Of a stretch of DNA of 55,820 bases, positions 29,516-38,511 are shown one piece after another. The notes beneath the pieces are model-generated. The model was not told the DNA's origin and did no database searches. It saw nothing but the letters and a program-made list of their open reading frames with translations. The translations under genes and the position numbers were made by a program. Numbering within the stretch: position 1 is the first letter of the stretch; each line of letters begins with the position of its first letter. The stretch is from Gammaproteobacteria bacterium (GTDB lineage Bacteria; Pseudomonadota; Gammaproteobacteria; Ga0077536): contig JAURHQ010000005.1 of the NCBI GenBank assembly GCA_030833185.1, positions 1 to 55,820 of the forward strand, read 5' to 3'.

Positions 29516-31066
29516 TCAGGCCTTGCCCCGACGTGCTTCGATATCGTCACGACGCAAGGCGGCACCGGCATCCTGCAGGGTGCGCGAGTGCCGCTGTTCG
29601 AGCTTGAAAAGCTCATCAGCGCGCGGCGTATGCGCGTGATACTTCACCCAGTCCTGGCAGAGGTAGCGGTAAGCGGGCTGGCAGATTTCAGGAACGAACT
29701 CACGACTACGCTGCATGAACTCCGCCAGCGACAGCACGCCCTGCGTGGTGCGGTAGCGGTCGTTCTTGCGCGGCAAGTTACTGACGCCTGAGCGTAGCGG
29801 CCCCACCGACGGCGTGTAATCGCCGTCATCCAGAATGGAATACGGAATGTAAGAAAGCGATCGGGTGGGAGCATCCGTGTGCTGCATCATGGTGTAGTCG
29901 TGCATCCGCTGGCTTGGCGTGCTGATGTAGCCCACCAGTTCGCCGAGAAACAAATTGCCGTATTCGTCGTTCAGCAAGGGCCGGAAGCGTTCGGCGCGTT
30001 CGTCGATCATCATCCAGTCTTCCATCTCATAACAGCCGGCAATCATGGCGAACTCTTTGATGACGGCGTAGTAGGTCAAGGCGCCAGCATCAAGTTGCTG
30101 GTCGCGGGTCCAGCCCGCCATCTCGCGCCACAGCTTGGCGGTCGCTACCTTGATCCGGTCGGTGAGGTCGAGAAAGGTGGCCGTAAGTTCTTCGACGCTG
30201 CCCATCCCGACCGGGAGGTGTCCTTCCGACAGGGTATCTGCCGTATAGAGGCCGACGCCCACCATATGCTCGGCGCGCATCTCGGGCTCGGATTCAAACG
30301 AGCCCCAGTCGTCGAGCAGGTTGATGTGACAGCCCTCGAGGATCATCGTCACGGTCAGGTTGTTATAGGGGATTTCACCCCCGACGCCATCGAGCCAGGG
30401 CACGCCGGATTCGGACAGTTCAAGGAAGTCCCGCACCAGCATCTCGCGTTTGTCCGAAACTCGATACGGCCCGTGGTTATGCAGCGTCAGGCGGCTCTCA
30501 CAGGACACCAGAAACCCGTACTGCGCGGCGGCGGCCAAAAACGACTGAGCAGCACGGTGCAGCGGATCGCCGTCACGACATTCAAAGGCGTCGGCATGGA
30601 AAACCTGCAAGCGCTGCTCAGGCAGCACCTGCGCGCGATGACCGGCCTGGCGATTGATCAGATTGCCGTTGTTACGATGCCAGGACAGCTGAAAGCGCTT
30701 CCAGAAATCCATGGTGTAGATGAGGTCAAGCACGCCGTCGCTGGGTTTAATAACGCCCCAGTTAATGAGCATCTCGCGCCCCAGCAGGTAGAAGCAGGGC
30801 ATGCACCAGGCCACGATTTTGATGCCTTGATTCCGCGCCCGGTCGCCGATTTCCTCTGCCGACATGTGCTGCTCAATTTTGCGGAGCAGCGCCGGGTAGC
30901 GATACCAACAGTTGAGATACGAGAAAAGGATGTAGGCAGAGACCGGGAAAATCTTTGATTCCTGAACGGTGCGCGTGGCGCAAAGCCAGTAGGTTTCATC
31001 CGCGTTTTGCTGGATGAGGTTGTTGGTTTCCAGTAGCTGGGCGTAGGTCAGGGTCGGCTGAGACAT
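29516..31066 (-). CDS. Hypothetical 516-aa soluble protein
   Basis: Long ORF with coding-like composition, tightly packed in an operon; no motif I recognise. Confidence 0.85.
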   Translation of the reverse strand: MSQPTLTYAQLLETNNLIQQNADETYWLCATRTVQESKIFPVSAYILFSYLNCWYRYPALLRKIEQHMSAEEIGDRARNQGIKIVAWCMPCFYLLGREMLINWGVIKPSDGVLDLIYTMDFWKRFQLSWHRNNGNLINRQAGHRAQVLPEQRLQVFHADAFECRDGDPLHRAAQSFLAAAAQYGFLVSCESRLTLHNHGPYRVSDKREMLVRDFLELSESGVPWLDGVGGEIPYNNLTVTMILEGCHINLLDDWGSFESEPEMRAEHMVGVGLYTADTLSEGHLPVGMGSVEELTATFLDLTDRIKVATAKLWREMAGWTRDQQLDAGALTYYAVIKEFAMIAGCYEMEDWMMIDERAERFRPLLNDEYGNLFLGELVGYISTPSQRMHDYTMMQHTDAPTRSLSYIPYSILDDGDYTPSVGPLRSGVSNLPRKNDRYRTTQGVLSLAEFMQRSREFVPEICQPAYRYLCQDWVKYHAHTPRADELFKLEQRHSRTLQDAGAALRRDDIEARRGKA

Positions 31067-31087
31067 GCGAGTGCTTCCTTGGAATCT

Positions 31088-31825
31088 TCAGAGCGGCGGC
31101 AGCCGGAACACGCGCGCCGAGACGTCGGCGCCAGTCTGGTAGTCATCGGCGGTCTTGGCGCGGGCGGTGACTTCGAGTTCCAGCCGGTCGCCGTCCTTGA
31201 TCCCGGAAAGTCTGGCGTTCATCAAACAGGGAATCCCGTATTCCCGCGTCAGAATCGCCAAGTGAGAGCGGGTAGTGCCGCCGGCACACAGCACACCGGC
31301 GAACTTCTCCAGCACCGGCGCGGTCAGCGTTCCGCCGGAGTCCTCCACAATAGCGATGGTGTTAGCCGGCACGCCGTGAGTGAGGTATTCCAGCACCTTG
31401 TCGCTGGTGCGGACGTAGCGCGCAATCCCAAGCAGATTGGCTTTGCGCGACACCACATTGTCGCCGACGCCGCGCAGTTCGCGACCTTCGGCATCGGGCG
31501 CGGCAGTGGGCGCAGCCGGGTGCTCAAAGGAGAAGTTTTCCAACTGCAGTCCCGAATCCCGATAGGCCTCCGGACGTTCGGCCGCCGACGACATCGCGGA
31601 AGGCTCAAAGCGGTAGCCGTTTGCCAGCAACTGGGCCTCGATCTTCGCAATGTCTTCCTTGGTAATGCTGTCGTACGCAGGGCCCGCCACGAACGCCTGC
31701 CAGCTGCCGTTGAATTCTGCAAAGCGGCGGCGAACCAGATCTTTCATTGCCGCGTTGTAGGCTTCGACGATCGCGAAAGTCGACTGCCAAGCGTGTTTGT
31801 CGTGGTCGGTATAAAGCGTGCTCAT
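31088..31825 (-). CDS. Stand-alone PEP-utilising enzyme mobile (phospho-His swivel) domain protein
   Basis: GGTTRSHLAILTREYGIPC matches the GGxTSHAAIxARExGIP phospho-His motif; unknown N-terminal ~110 aa. Confidence 0.85.
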   Translation of the reverse strand: MSTLYTDHDKHAWQSTFAIVEAYNAAMKDLVRRRFAEFNGSWQAFVAGPAYDSITKEDIAKIEAQLLANGYRFEPSAMSSAAERPEAYRDSGLQLENFSFEHPAAPTAAPDAEGRELRGVGDNVVSRKANLLGIARYVRTSDKVLEYLTHGVPANTIAIVEDSGGTLTAPVLEKFAGVLCAGGTTRSHLAILTREYGIPCLMNARLSGIKDGDRLELEVTARAKTADDYQTGADVSARVFRLPPL

Positions 31826-31847
31826 GGGTACTTTGCCTCTCTCTCCT

Positions 31848-32858
31848 TCAAGCCGTATAGCGATCGCGAAGCGCCGCGCGGGCAGCTGGCGTCAAACCCA
31901 GCGCCTGCTGCAGGAAATCAGCGTCGCTGGCGTAGTGCTGGTCGATTTCTGCGAGCACGACCTCAAGGTAGGACTCGCGCGTCACCAGCAGGGGTTCCAT
32001 CAAGGCGACCACATCACGGCCCGGCCGCGCCTTGACCGCGTATTTTTCCAGCGCGCGGGGCAGTTCGGTTTGTGCCGGAAAGTAACGTCGCGACAGGGTG
32101 AAATCGTACAAGATCGTCTCACGCGGAACGCCTAGCGCCAGCAGCAGCAGGGCCGCCCCGACGCCGGTGCGCTCCTTGCCCGCTGAACAGTTCATCAACA
32201 CGCTGCCGGCCGCAGCTTGTTGGAGCACTGCGAACAGACGTGCGTAATGCGGCGCCGATTCCCCAATCAGCGAGCGCATCAGTTCGTGCATGGCATCGAC
32301 CACGACCGCGGGATCGTCGGTCTGTTCAAACAGGCGATGGAAAAAGAAGCGGTCTTTCAGACCCGGCGGAATGCCCAGCGTTTCGAGCACCGGGGCGCAG
32401 GCAATGGTCGCATTTTCGGTGGCCCGCTCTTCCGCCATGCGGAAGTCACAGACGGTACGAATCTCCAGCGCGTCAAGGCGGTCCTGGTCGCCGGCGGTCA
32501 GCTTCGATAAATGCCCGGACCGAAAGAGCTTGCCCCAGCGCACGCGGCGTCCGTCGTCCGTTCGGTAACCGCCCAAATCCCTGAAGTTAACCCCGCCTGC
32601 CAGCGGGACCTGGCGTTCGGCCACCCACATCGGCGAGCCAGCGGTCGGCTCAAGGCAAAAGAAAGGGCGAAACCAGTCGGTCGGCAGGTCGACTTCGGCC
32701 CAGCCGCCGACAGCCTCAAGCGGTGAGAGATCACCCATCGCGTCTGGCGAGCGCGCCGCCCGGATACGGACTGGCTCGATTAGACAGTCGGCGTCCCAGG
32801 CAACGCGCCATCGACCTGCGCCAATCTGCTCTACCGAAATCTGTGTTATTGGGTCCAT
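31848..32858 (-). CDS. Cys-dependent protein-tyrosine/lipid phosphatase (IphP/MptpB-like)
   Basis: NFRDLGGY, LFRSG, DFR, P-loop NCSAGKERTG (CX5R). Confidence 0.9.
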   Translation of the reverse strand: MDPITQISVEQIGAGRWRVAWDADCLIEPVRIRAARSPDAMGDLSPLEAVGGWAEVDLPTDWFRPFFCLEPTAGSPMWVAERQVPLAGGVNFRDLGGYRTDDGRRVRWGKLFRSGHLSKLTAGDQDRLDALEIRTVCDFRMAEERATENATIACAPVLETLGIPPGLKDRFFFHRLFEQTDDPAVVVDAMHELMRSLIGESAPHYARLFAVLQQAAAGSVLMNCSAGKERTGVGAALLLLALGVPRETILYDFTLSRRYFPAQTELPRALEKYAVKARPGRDVVALMEPLLVTRESYLEVVLAEIDQHYASDADFLQQALGLTPAARAALRDRYTA

Positions 32859-33004
32859 CACAAGCTCCGCGAGTCCCCGCCCCGTTGGCGGCCGGGCGCA
32901 TACGGTGGCGTATTTGTGGCGCGGACGCTAGACGTAAGACCCGCTTTGGAGACGTCGATTGCAGGTTTCGGCGATGACGGTTCGGCACTACACTGCGGGC
33001 GACC

Positions 33005-33826
33005 ATGAACACCCCTGCGCCGGCTTCCCAACCCATCGTTCGCATTCGCGATCTGCATTTCCGACGGGGTGCGCGCGCGATTTTCAACGGCGTGAACCTG
33101 GAAATCCCGCGGGGCAAGGTCACCGCCATTCTGGGCCCCAGCGGCACCGGCAAAACGACCCTCCTGCGTCTGATTGGGGCCCAAATCGCGCCCACCAGCG
33201 GTACGGTCGAAGTCGACGGGGTGAACGTGCAGTCGCTGGCGGTCAAGCCGCTTTATGAGCTCCGGAAACGCATGGGCATGCTGTTTCAGAGCGGTGCCCT
33301 GCTGACTGACCTGACCGTCTTTGAAAACGTGGCGTTTCCGCTCCGCGAACATACCGACCTGCCGGCCTCGCTTTTGCGCAGTCTGGTGTTGATGAAGCTG
33401 GAAATGGTGGGCTTGCGCGGGGCGCGCGACCTCTATCCCCGGGAACTATCCGGCGGGATGGCGCGCCGGGCAGCGCTGGCGCGTGCGATCGCACTTGATC
33501 CATCGATGATTCTCTACGATGAGCCGTTTTCCGGGCAGGACCCGATCTCGATGGGCATCCTGGTCCGCCTCATCCGCGAGCTGAACGACGCGCTGGGCCT
33601 GACCAGCGTGCTCGTCTCCCACGACGTCGCGGAAACCAGTTCAATCGCGGACTACCTGTTCATTCTTGCCGGCGCGACGATCGTCGGAGCCGGCACACCG
33701 GCGGAGTTGCGCGAGTCGGATTCGCCGATCATCCGCCAGTTCATGGGTGGCCTGCCGGACGGCCCGGTGCCCTTCCACTTCCCGGCACCGCCCTTGCTCG
33801 ACGACCTGCTGGACGCCGGCCCGTGA
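33005..33826 (+). CDS. mlaF: Mla ABC transporter ATP-binding subunit
   Basis: [26 protein letters not shown]; operon context. Confidence 0.95.
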   Translation: MNTPAPASQPIVRIRDLHFRRGARAIFNGVNLEIPRGKVTAILGPSGTGKTTLLRLIGAQIAPTSGTVEVDGVNVQSLAVKPLYELRKRMGMLFQSGALLTDLTVFENVAFPLREHTDLPASLLRSLVLMKLEMVGLRGARDLYPRELSGGMARRAALARAIALDPSMILYDEPFSGQDPISMGILVRLIRELNDALGLTSVLVSHDVAETSSIADYLFILAGATIVGAGTPAELRESDSPIIRQFMGGLPDGPVPFHFPAPPLLDDLLDAGP

Positions 33827-34602
33827 TCGAGTTGCTGGCCAAGCTCGGACGGGCAAGTCTCGGCGTCTTCGAACGCCTCGGACGCGGCCACCTGTTTCTG
33901 CTGGCGGTGCTCGGGCGCCTGCCAGGGCTAGCCCTGCGACCGCGACTGCTGTTGCAGCAAATGTGGTCGGTCGGCGTGCAATCGCTGCTGATTATTGTGG
34001 TTTCCGGCAGCTTTGTGGGGATGGTGCTCGGCCTGCAGGGCTACAACACGCTGGTGACCTTCGGCGCCGAAGAATCTTTGGGCGTGGTGGTCGCCAAGTC
34101 GCTGCTGCGCGAGCTCGGCCCGGTTATCGCGGCCCTCCTGTTCGCCGGTCGCGCGGGTTCCGCGCTCACCGCTGAGATCGGCTTCATGAAAGCGACCGAG
34201 CAACTGAGCGCGATGGAAATGATGGCTGTCGACCCGCTGGGCCGGGTGGTCGCGCCGCGCTTCGTGGCGGGCCTGCTGTCGATGCCACTGCTGGCTGCCA
34301 TCTTCACCGCCATCGGCGTGCTGGGCGGTTACTTCTGCGGCGTCGGCCTGCTTGGTGTAGACGAGGGTGCGTTCTGGTCGCAAATGCAGGCCAAGGTCAC
34401 GCTGGTGCAGGACGTGGTAAACGGCGTGGTGATCAAGAGTCTCGCTTTTGGTCTGGTGGTGAGCTGGATCGCCGTCTTCGAGGGCTACGACGCAGTGCCG
34501 ACCTCAGAGGGCGTCAGCGCGGCGACAACGCGCACGGTGGTACATTCATCGCTCGCCATCCTCGGACTCGACTTTGTGCTCACCGGTTTGATGTTTAACT
34601 GA
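33823..34602 (+). CDS. mlaE: Mla permease
   Basis: [29 protein letters not shown]. Confidence 0.95.
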   Translation: MIELLAKLGRASLGVFERLGRGHLFLLAVLGRLPGLALRPRLLLQQMWSVGVQSLLIIVVSGSFVGMVLGLQGYNTLVTFGAEESLGVVVAKSLLRELGPVIAALLFAGRAGSALTAEIGFMKATEQLSAMEMMAVDPLGRVVAPRFVAGLLSMPLLAAIFTAIGVLGGYFCGVGLLGVDEGAFWSQMQAKVTLVQDVVNGVVIKSLAFGLVVSWIAVFEGYDAVPTSEGVSAATTRTVVHSSLAILGLDFVLTGLMFN

Positions 34603-34609
34603 GGACGCC

Positions 34610-35089
34610 ATGAAAGACCCTCGCCTGATTGAAATTTCCGTCGGCGCATTTGTTGCGCTGGGGCTGGCCGCCCTGCTGATGCTGGCCATGAAAGTGGCCA
34701 ATCTGGCCGAGTTTTCTGCCCCTCAGGGTTACGAAGTCCGCGCCTATTTCGACAACATCGGCGGCCTGCAGGTACGTTCGCCGGTGAAAATGGGCGGCGT
34801 CGTGGTTGGACGAGTCACCGCAATCAGCTACGACTCCGAGCGCTATCAGGCCAAGGTGACGCTCCGCATCGAACGGGGTTATGACCACATCCCGAACGAC
34901 ACCGCCGCCAACATCTACACCGCAGGGCTGCTGGGCGAACAGTACGTGGGACTCGAAGCCGGCGGCGAAGAAAATTACCTGAGGGAGAACAGCGAAATCA
35001 CCATTACGCAATCGGCGGTGGTGCTTGAAAAGGCCATGCAGGAGTTTCTTTACAACAAGACCGCCAAATCGAGCGGGCCGAAATCGTGA
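34610..35089 (+). CDS. mlaD: MCE-domain lipid asymmetry protein
   Basis: FDNIGGL, GVVVGRV, GLLGEQY. Confidence 0.95.
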   Translation: MKDPRLIEISVGAFVALGLAALLMLAMKVANLAEFSAPQGYEVRAYFDNIGGLQVRSPVKMGGVVVGRVTAISYDSERYQAKVTLRIERGYDHIPNDTAANIYTAGLLGEQYVGLEAGGEENYLRENSEITITQSAVVLEKAMQEFLYNKTAKSSGPKS

Positions 35090-35703
35090 GGCTCTGGCTG
35101 CTGGCAGCCGCACTGTTTGGCGTGCTGGGGGGTGAGCCTGCCGCCGCTGAAGCGCAATCGCCGGCACAACTGCTGGTCGAGACCACCAGCACGCAGGTGC
35201 TCACCGAGCTCCGGGCCGAAAGCGCCGCCATTTCCAACAACCCCGCCCTGCTCGATACGATCGCGCAGAAAGCTGTGCTGCCTCATTTTGACTTCGAGCG
35301 CATGTCGCAGCGCGTGCTCGGACAGCATTGGCGCAAGGCGACTCCCGAGCAGCGCGGGCGCTTCATGGCCGAATTCACCACCCTGCTGGTCCGCACTTAT
35401 GCCACCGCCGTTTTTGAATATCGGGAATCGGAAGTGCGGTTCATGCCGGCGCGCGAGCTAGGTGACAAAATTCAGCGCATTCGAAGTCTGGTCGACCGTC
35501 GCGACGGGCGCGCGCCCCTGCAGGTCGACTATGACGTCTTCGAGCGTGCGGATGGCTGGAAGGTGATGGATGTGGCGATCAACGGCATCAGTCTGGTGGT
35601 GAGTTATCGCAGCGGGTTTAACACCGACGTGGCTAAACTCGGCATGGATGGACTGATCGACCAGATTGCCCAACACAACGCGGCCAGAGCGGCCCTTCAG
35701 TAG
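35086..35703 (+). CDS. mlaC: Periplasmic phospholipid-binding protein
   Basis: Signal peptide, PHFDF, WKVMDV..GISLV..YR. Confidence 0.92.
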   Translation: MRLWLLAAALFGVLGGEPAAAEAQSPAQLLVETTSTQVLTELRAESAAISNNPALLDTIAQKAVLPHFDFERMSQRVLGQHWRKATPEQRGRFMAEFTTLLVRTYATAVFEYRESEVRFMPARELGDKIQRIRSLVDRRDGRAPLQVDYDVFERADGWKVMDVAINGISLVVSYRSGFNTDVAKLGMDGLIDQIAQHNAARAALQ

Positions 35704-35706
35704 CGT

Positions 35707-36039
35707 TTGCGCTTGGCCACGCCCTCGCTCATCGCGGTATTGCCCCGCCCGGACGGCGGTCTTGCGCTGGAAGGCGCGCTGTCTTTTTCGACCGTCACCG
35801 CCGCGCTGGCCGCGCTTCAGCCGCATTTGACCGGTGGTGCGCGCTATCTGGACTTGTCCGGCGTAGACCACGCGGACAGCGCCGGACTCGCCTTGCTGGT
35901 GGAGTGCGCGAAAACCGCTCGCCAACGCGGGTACACGCTTCGCTTTGAAAAACTGCCGGTGCAACTCGCCGCGCTTGCTGCCGCCTGCGGGCTGACGCGA
36001 TTGCTAATCGCGGACCAAGAGGCCTCGCCTACCGGCTAG
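35707..36039 (+). CDS. mlaB: STAS-domain protein
   Basis: DLSGV..ADSAGLALL; last gene of the mla operon. Confidence 0.85.
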   Translation: MRLATPSLIAVLPRPDGGLALEGALSFSTVTAALAALQPHLTGGARYLDLSGVDHADSAGLALLVECAKTARQRGYTLRFEKLPVQLAALAAACGLTRLLIADQEASPTG

Positions 36040-38504
36040 TGGTGAAAACCACCGAGCCTGCGACGTAAATCGCGAATCGCCACCGGATCGGTCAACGCCG
36101 CAGCCTGAAGCCGACGGTCGAAACGAGCGGCCAATTCCTCCGGCTTGCGCGCCACCGAGGCGCGGTAGCGGGCTAGAATCATGGCATCCGACAGTTCTGA
36201 AGCCCCCGGATGCTGCGCCAGTAAAGCGAGATGAAGGCTGCCGGCGGGCAGGTCGTGGGTAACGCGTGCCAGCCCACTGCCGGCGAGCAAGGCTTCGCTG
36301 GCCGGCGGCTCGTTAAGCAGCGGCAACGGGGAAGCCTCTTCGGGAATGATGAACAAGCCGCGCTCGCGCGCCTTCAGTCCTACCGCCAAACGTGCCCCCA
36401 GCCAGGAAACTGGCGCGGCAATCAGCATGCCGAGCAGCGCCGGCATCATCCAGGCGAGCAGCGCGGGGTATACCGTCCAGGCCGCCACGCCCAAGGTGAC
36501 GCCTGCCACCATGTGCGCGCGGTGCCGATGCCAGCATTCGGCGAACGGCATCCCACGGTCGTCGCGCGTCTGGGTTTTCCAGCCGCTATCCCGTCCTACC
36601 AGCACGTCAAAAACGAACTGGCTTTGGAGCAGCATCTGCACGGGTGCGATCAGCGCTGAAAAAAGCGTTTCGGCCATTACGCTTATCAGGGCGCGGCGGC
36701 GCCCCCCGAAGCCTGCGACGGCATCCGGGTTTACAGCCACCGCGATCCAACCAAAGAACTTGGGCGCGAGGAGCACCAGCATGGTGACGCCAAACAGCCG
36801 CGCCGCGAGTTCGGGGTTGATGACTTGCCAGACCGGGTAAGGGGTGCGATCCGGAAAAAAATACACCGGCAACTGCAGGCTCCCCTGAAGCGCCGCAAAG
36901 ATGCCGACCAACAAGAACAGAAACCACAGGGGAGAGGCCAGATAGGACATGATTCCGGAGAGCAGGTGAAAACGGCTCAGGGGATGCAGACCGGCGGTGC
37001 CTAAAAGCGCCATGTGCTGCAGATTGCCCTGACACCAGCGACGGTCACGCATCGCGTGATCCAGCAGCGAGGGTGGCGATTCCTCGTAACTGCCGCCAAG
37101 TTCGGTCAGTAGATGGGAGCGCCAACCGGCGCGCCGCATTAGCGCCGCCTCGACGAAATCGTGGCTGAGAATATGCCCGCCGAACGGGGCCTTACCGGGC
37201 AGCACCGGCATCCCCGCGCAGGATGCAAAGGCGGCCACGCGAATAATGGCGTTATGTCCCCAGTAGTTGCTGTCCCCGCCGTACCAGAACCCGAAGCCGC
37301 GCGCGAGCACCGGACCGTACATCGCCGCCGCGAACTGCTGGGCACGCGCAAACAGCGTATTGCGGTTTACCAGTCTGGGGACTGTTTGCAGGATGCCCAC
37401 ATCGGGATTGGTGGCCATCTGCCGGGCCAGCGTTAGCACCGTCTCGGCGCTCATTACGCTGTCGGCATCCAGCACAAGCATGTTTTCGTACCGTGCGCCC
37501 CAGCGTTCACAGAAGTCCGCAATATTGCCGGCCTTGCGGCCGGTATTCTCAAAACGTCGGCGATAAAACAGACGCCCGGTCGCCCCCAGGCGCCGCCGGC
37601 ACGCATCCCAGGCGAGTTCTTCGGCGACCCAGCAGTCGGGGTCGGTGGTGTCGCTCAGAATGAAAAACTCGAAGTGCTCCAGCGCGCCAGCGGCCGCCAG
37701 ACCCAGATAGATCTTCTCAATGGCCGCGAGCACCCGCAGCGGGTCTTCGTTATAGGTCGGCATCAGCACCGCCGTTCGCTCGGTCAAGGGCGCAGAAGCG
37801 GGCAACCCGGGCTTTAGCCCCGGCAAGGGGGATGGGCGCAATCCGCTCCACAGGCCTGCCAATGCACTGCAGAAGGTCAGCGCAATCCACACGAAATTGG
37901 CCGCAAACAACACCATCAGCAGCACTTCGATCGCGCTGATCCCGCCCGGGGAGAAGACTCGCCCCATTTCCAGCGTGGCCAACGCCGTGCCGAATGCGGT
38001 GCCGCCCAGCACTGCAAAGCGCCGGCGCAACAAGACGTCGGGCGTGGTTGATTCGACCGCTGCGGCCGGGGCGGTCCCCAACGACTGCGCGGGCATGGCA
38101 AGCCGCGCCTCCGGCGGGGTCGCGACCGGCAGGGCGTCCAAAAAAGCGGTGAGCAGCGCCGGTGGCGGATCGGCAGCCAGCAAGGCGTCGGGCCAGTCGC
38201 GTCCCGGCTGGATGGCCAGCAGGGCCGCGCGCCGGGTGTAGACATCGGGCGTCGGCCCGGACCGGCATTGCTTGACGACGTTCAGGGTCCAGCGATCGAG
38301 CCGGCGACGCAGGTGCCGAAGCGCGAGTTCGGGCCCAGCGCCGGCTGGCAGTCGCTCACTGAGATGCCGGATCAAGGCTTTGCCGGCCGCATCGTCCGTA
38401 TAGCCCAGACTGGCAAGGTAGTGCTGAAGAATGCGTTCGACGGCTGCCCGCAGGGGCGGTGCCGTAACCCGGCTTACCGCTTCCTCGGTGGTCAGGACCG
38501 CCAT
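36036..38504 (-). CDS. mdoH: Glucans biosynthesis glucosyltransferase OpgH/MdoH
   Basis: MPTYNED, RKAGNI, LDADS, YWGHNAIIR, SHDFVEAA, RDRRWCQGNLQH; likely start ATG 38504. Confidence 0.95.
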   Translation of the reverse strand: MAVLTTEEAVSRVTAPPLRAAVERILQHYLASLGYTDDAAGKALIRHLSERLPAGAGPELALRHLRRRLDRWTLNVVKQCRSGPTPDVYTRRAALLAIQPGRDWPDALLAADPPPALLTAFLDALPVATPPEARLAMPAQSLGTAPAAAVESTTPDVLLRRRFAVLGGTAFGTALATLEMGRVFSPGGISAIEVLLMVLFAANFVWIALTFCSALAGLWSGLRPSPLPGLKPGLPASAPLTERTAVLMPTYNEDPLRVLAAIEKIYLGLAAAGALEHFEFFILSDTTDPDCWVAEELAWDACRRRLGATGRLFYRRRFENTGRKAGNIADFCERWGARYENMLVLDADSVMSAETVLTLARQMATNPDVGILQTVPRLVNRNTLFARAQQFAAAMYGPVLARGFGFWYGGDSNYWGHNAIIRVAAFASCAGMPVLPGKAPFGGHILSHDFVEAALMRRAGWRSHLLTELGGSYEESPPSLLDHAMRDRRWCQGNLQHMALLGTAGLHPLSRFHLLSGIMSYLASPLWFLFLLVGIFAALQGSLQLPVYFFPDRTPYPVWQVINPELAARLFGVTMLVLLAPKFFGWIAVAVNPDAVAGFGGRRRALISVMAETLFSALIAPVQMLLQSQFVFDVLVGRDSGWKTQTRDDRGMPFAECWHRHRAHMVAGVTLGVAAWTVYPALLAWMMPALLGMLIAAPVSWLGARLAVGLKARERGLFIIPEEASPLPLLNEPPASEALLAGSGLARVTHDLPAGSLHLALLAQHPGASELSDAMILARYRASVARKPEELAARFDRRLQAAALTDPVAIRDLRRRLGGFHH

Positions 38505-38511
38505 CGGACGG

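Noticed and set aside
31088-31825. Pseudogene of PPDK or PEP synthase
   Set aside because: Intact ORF with its own RBS, a distinct N-terminal domain and no flanking remnants of the missing domains.
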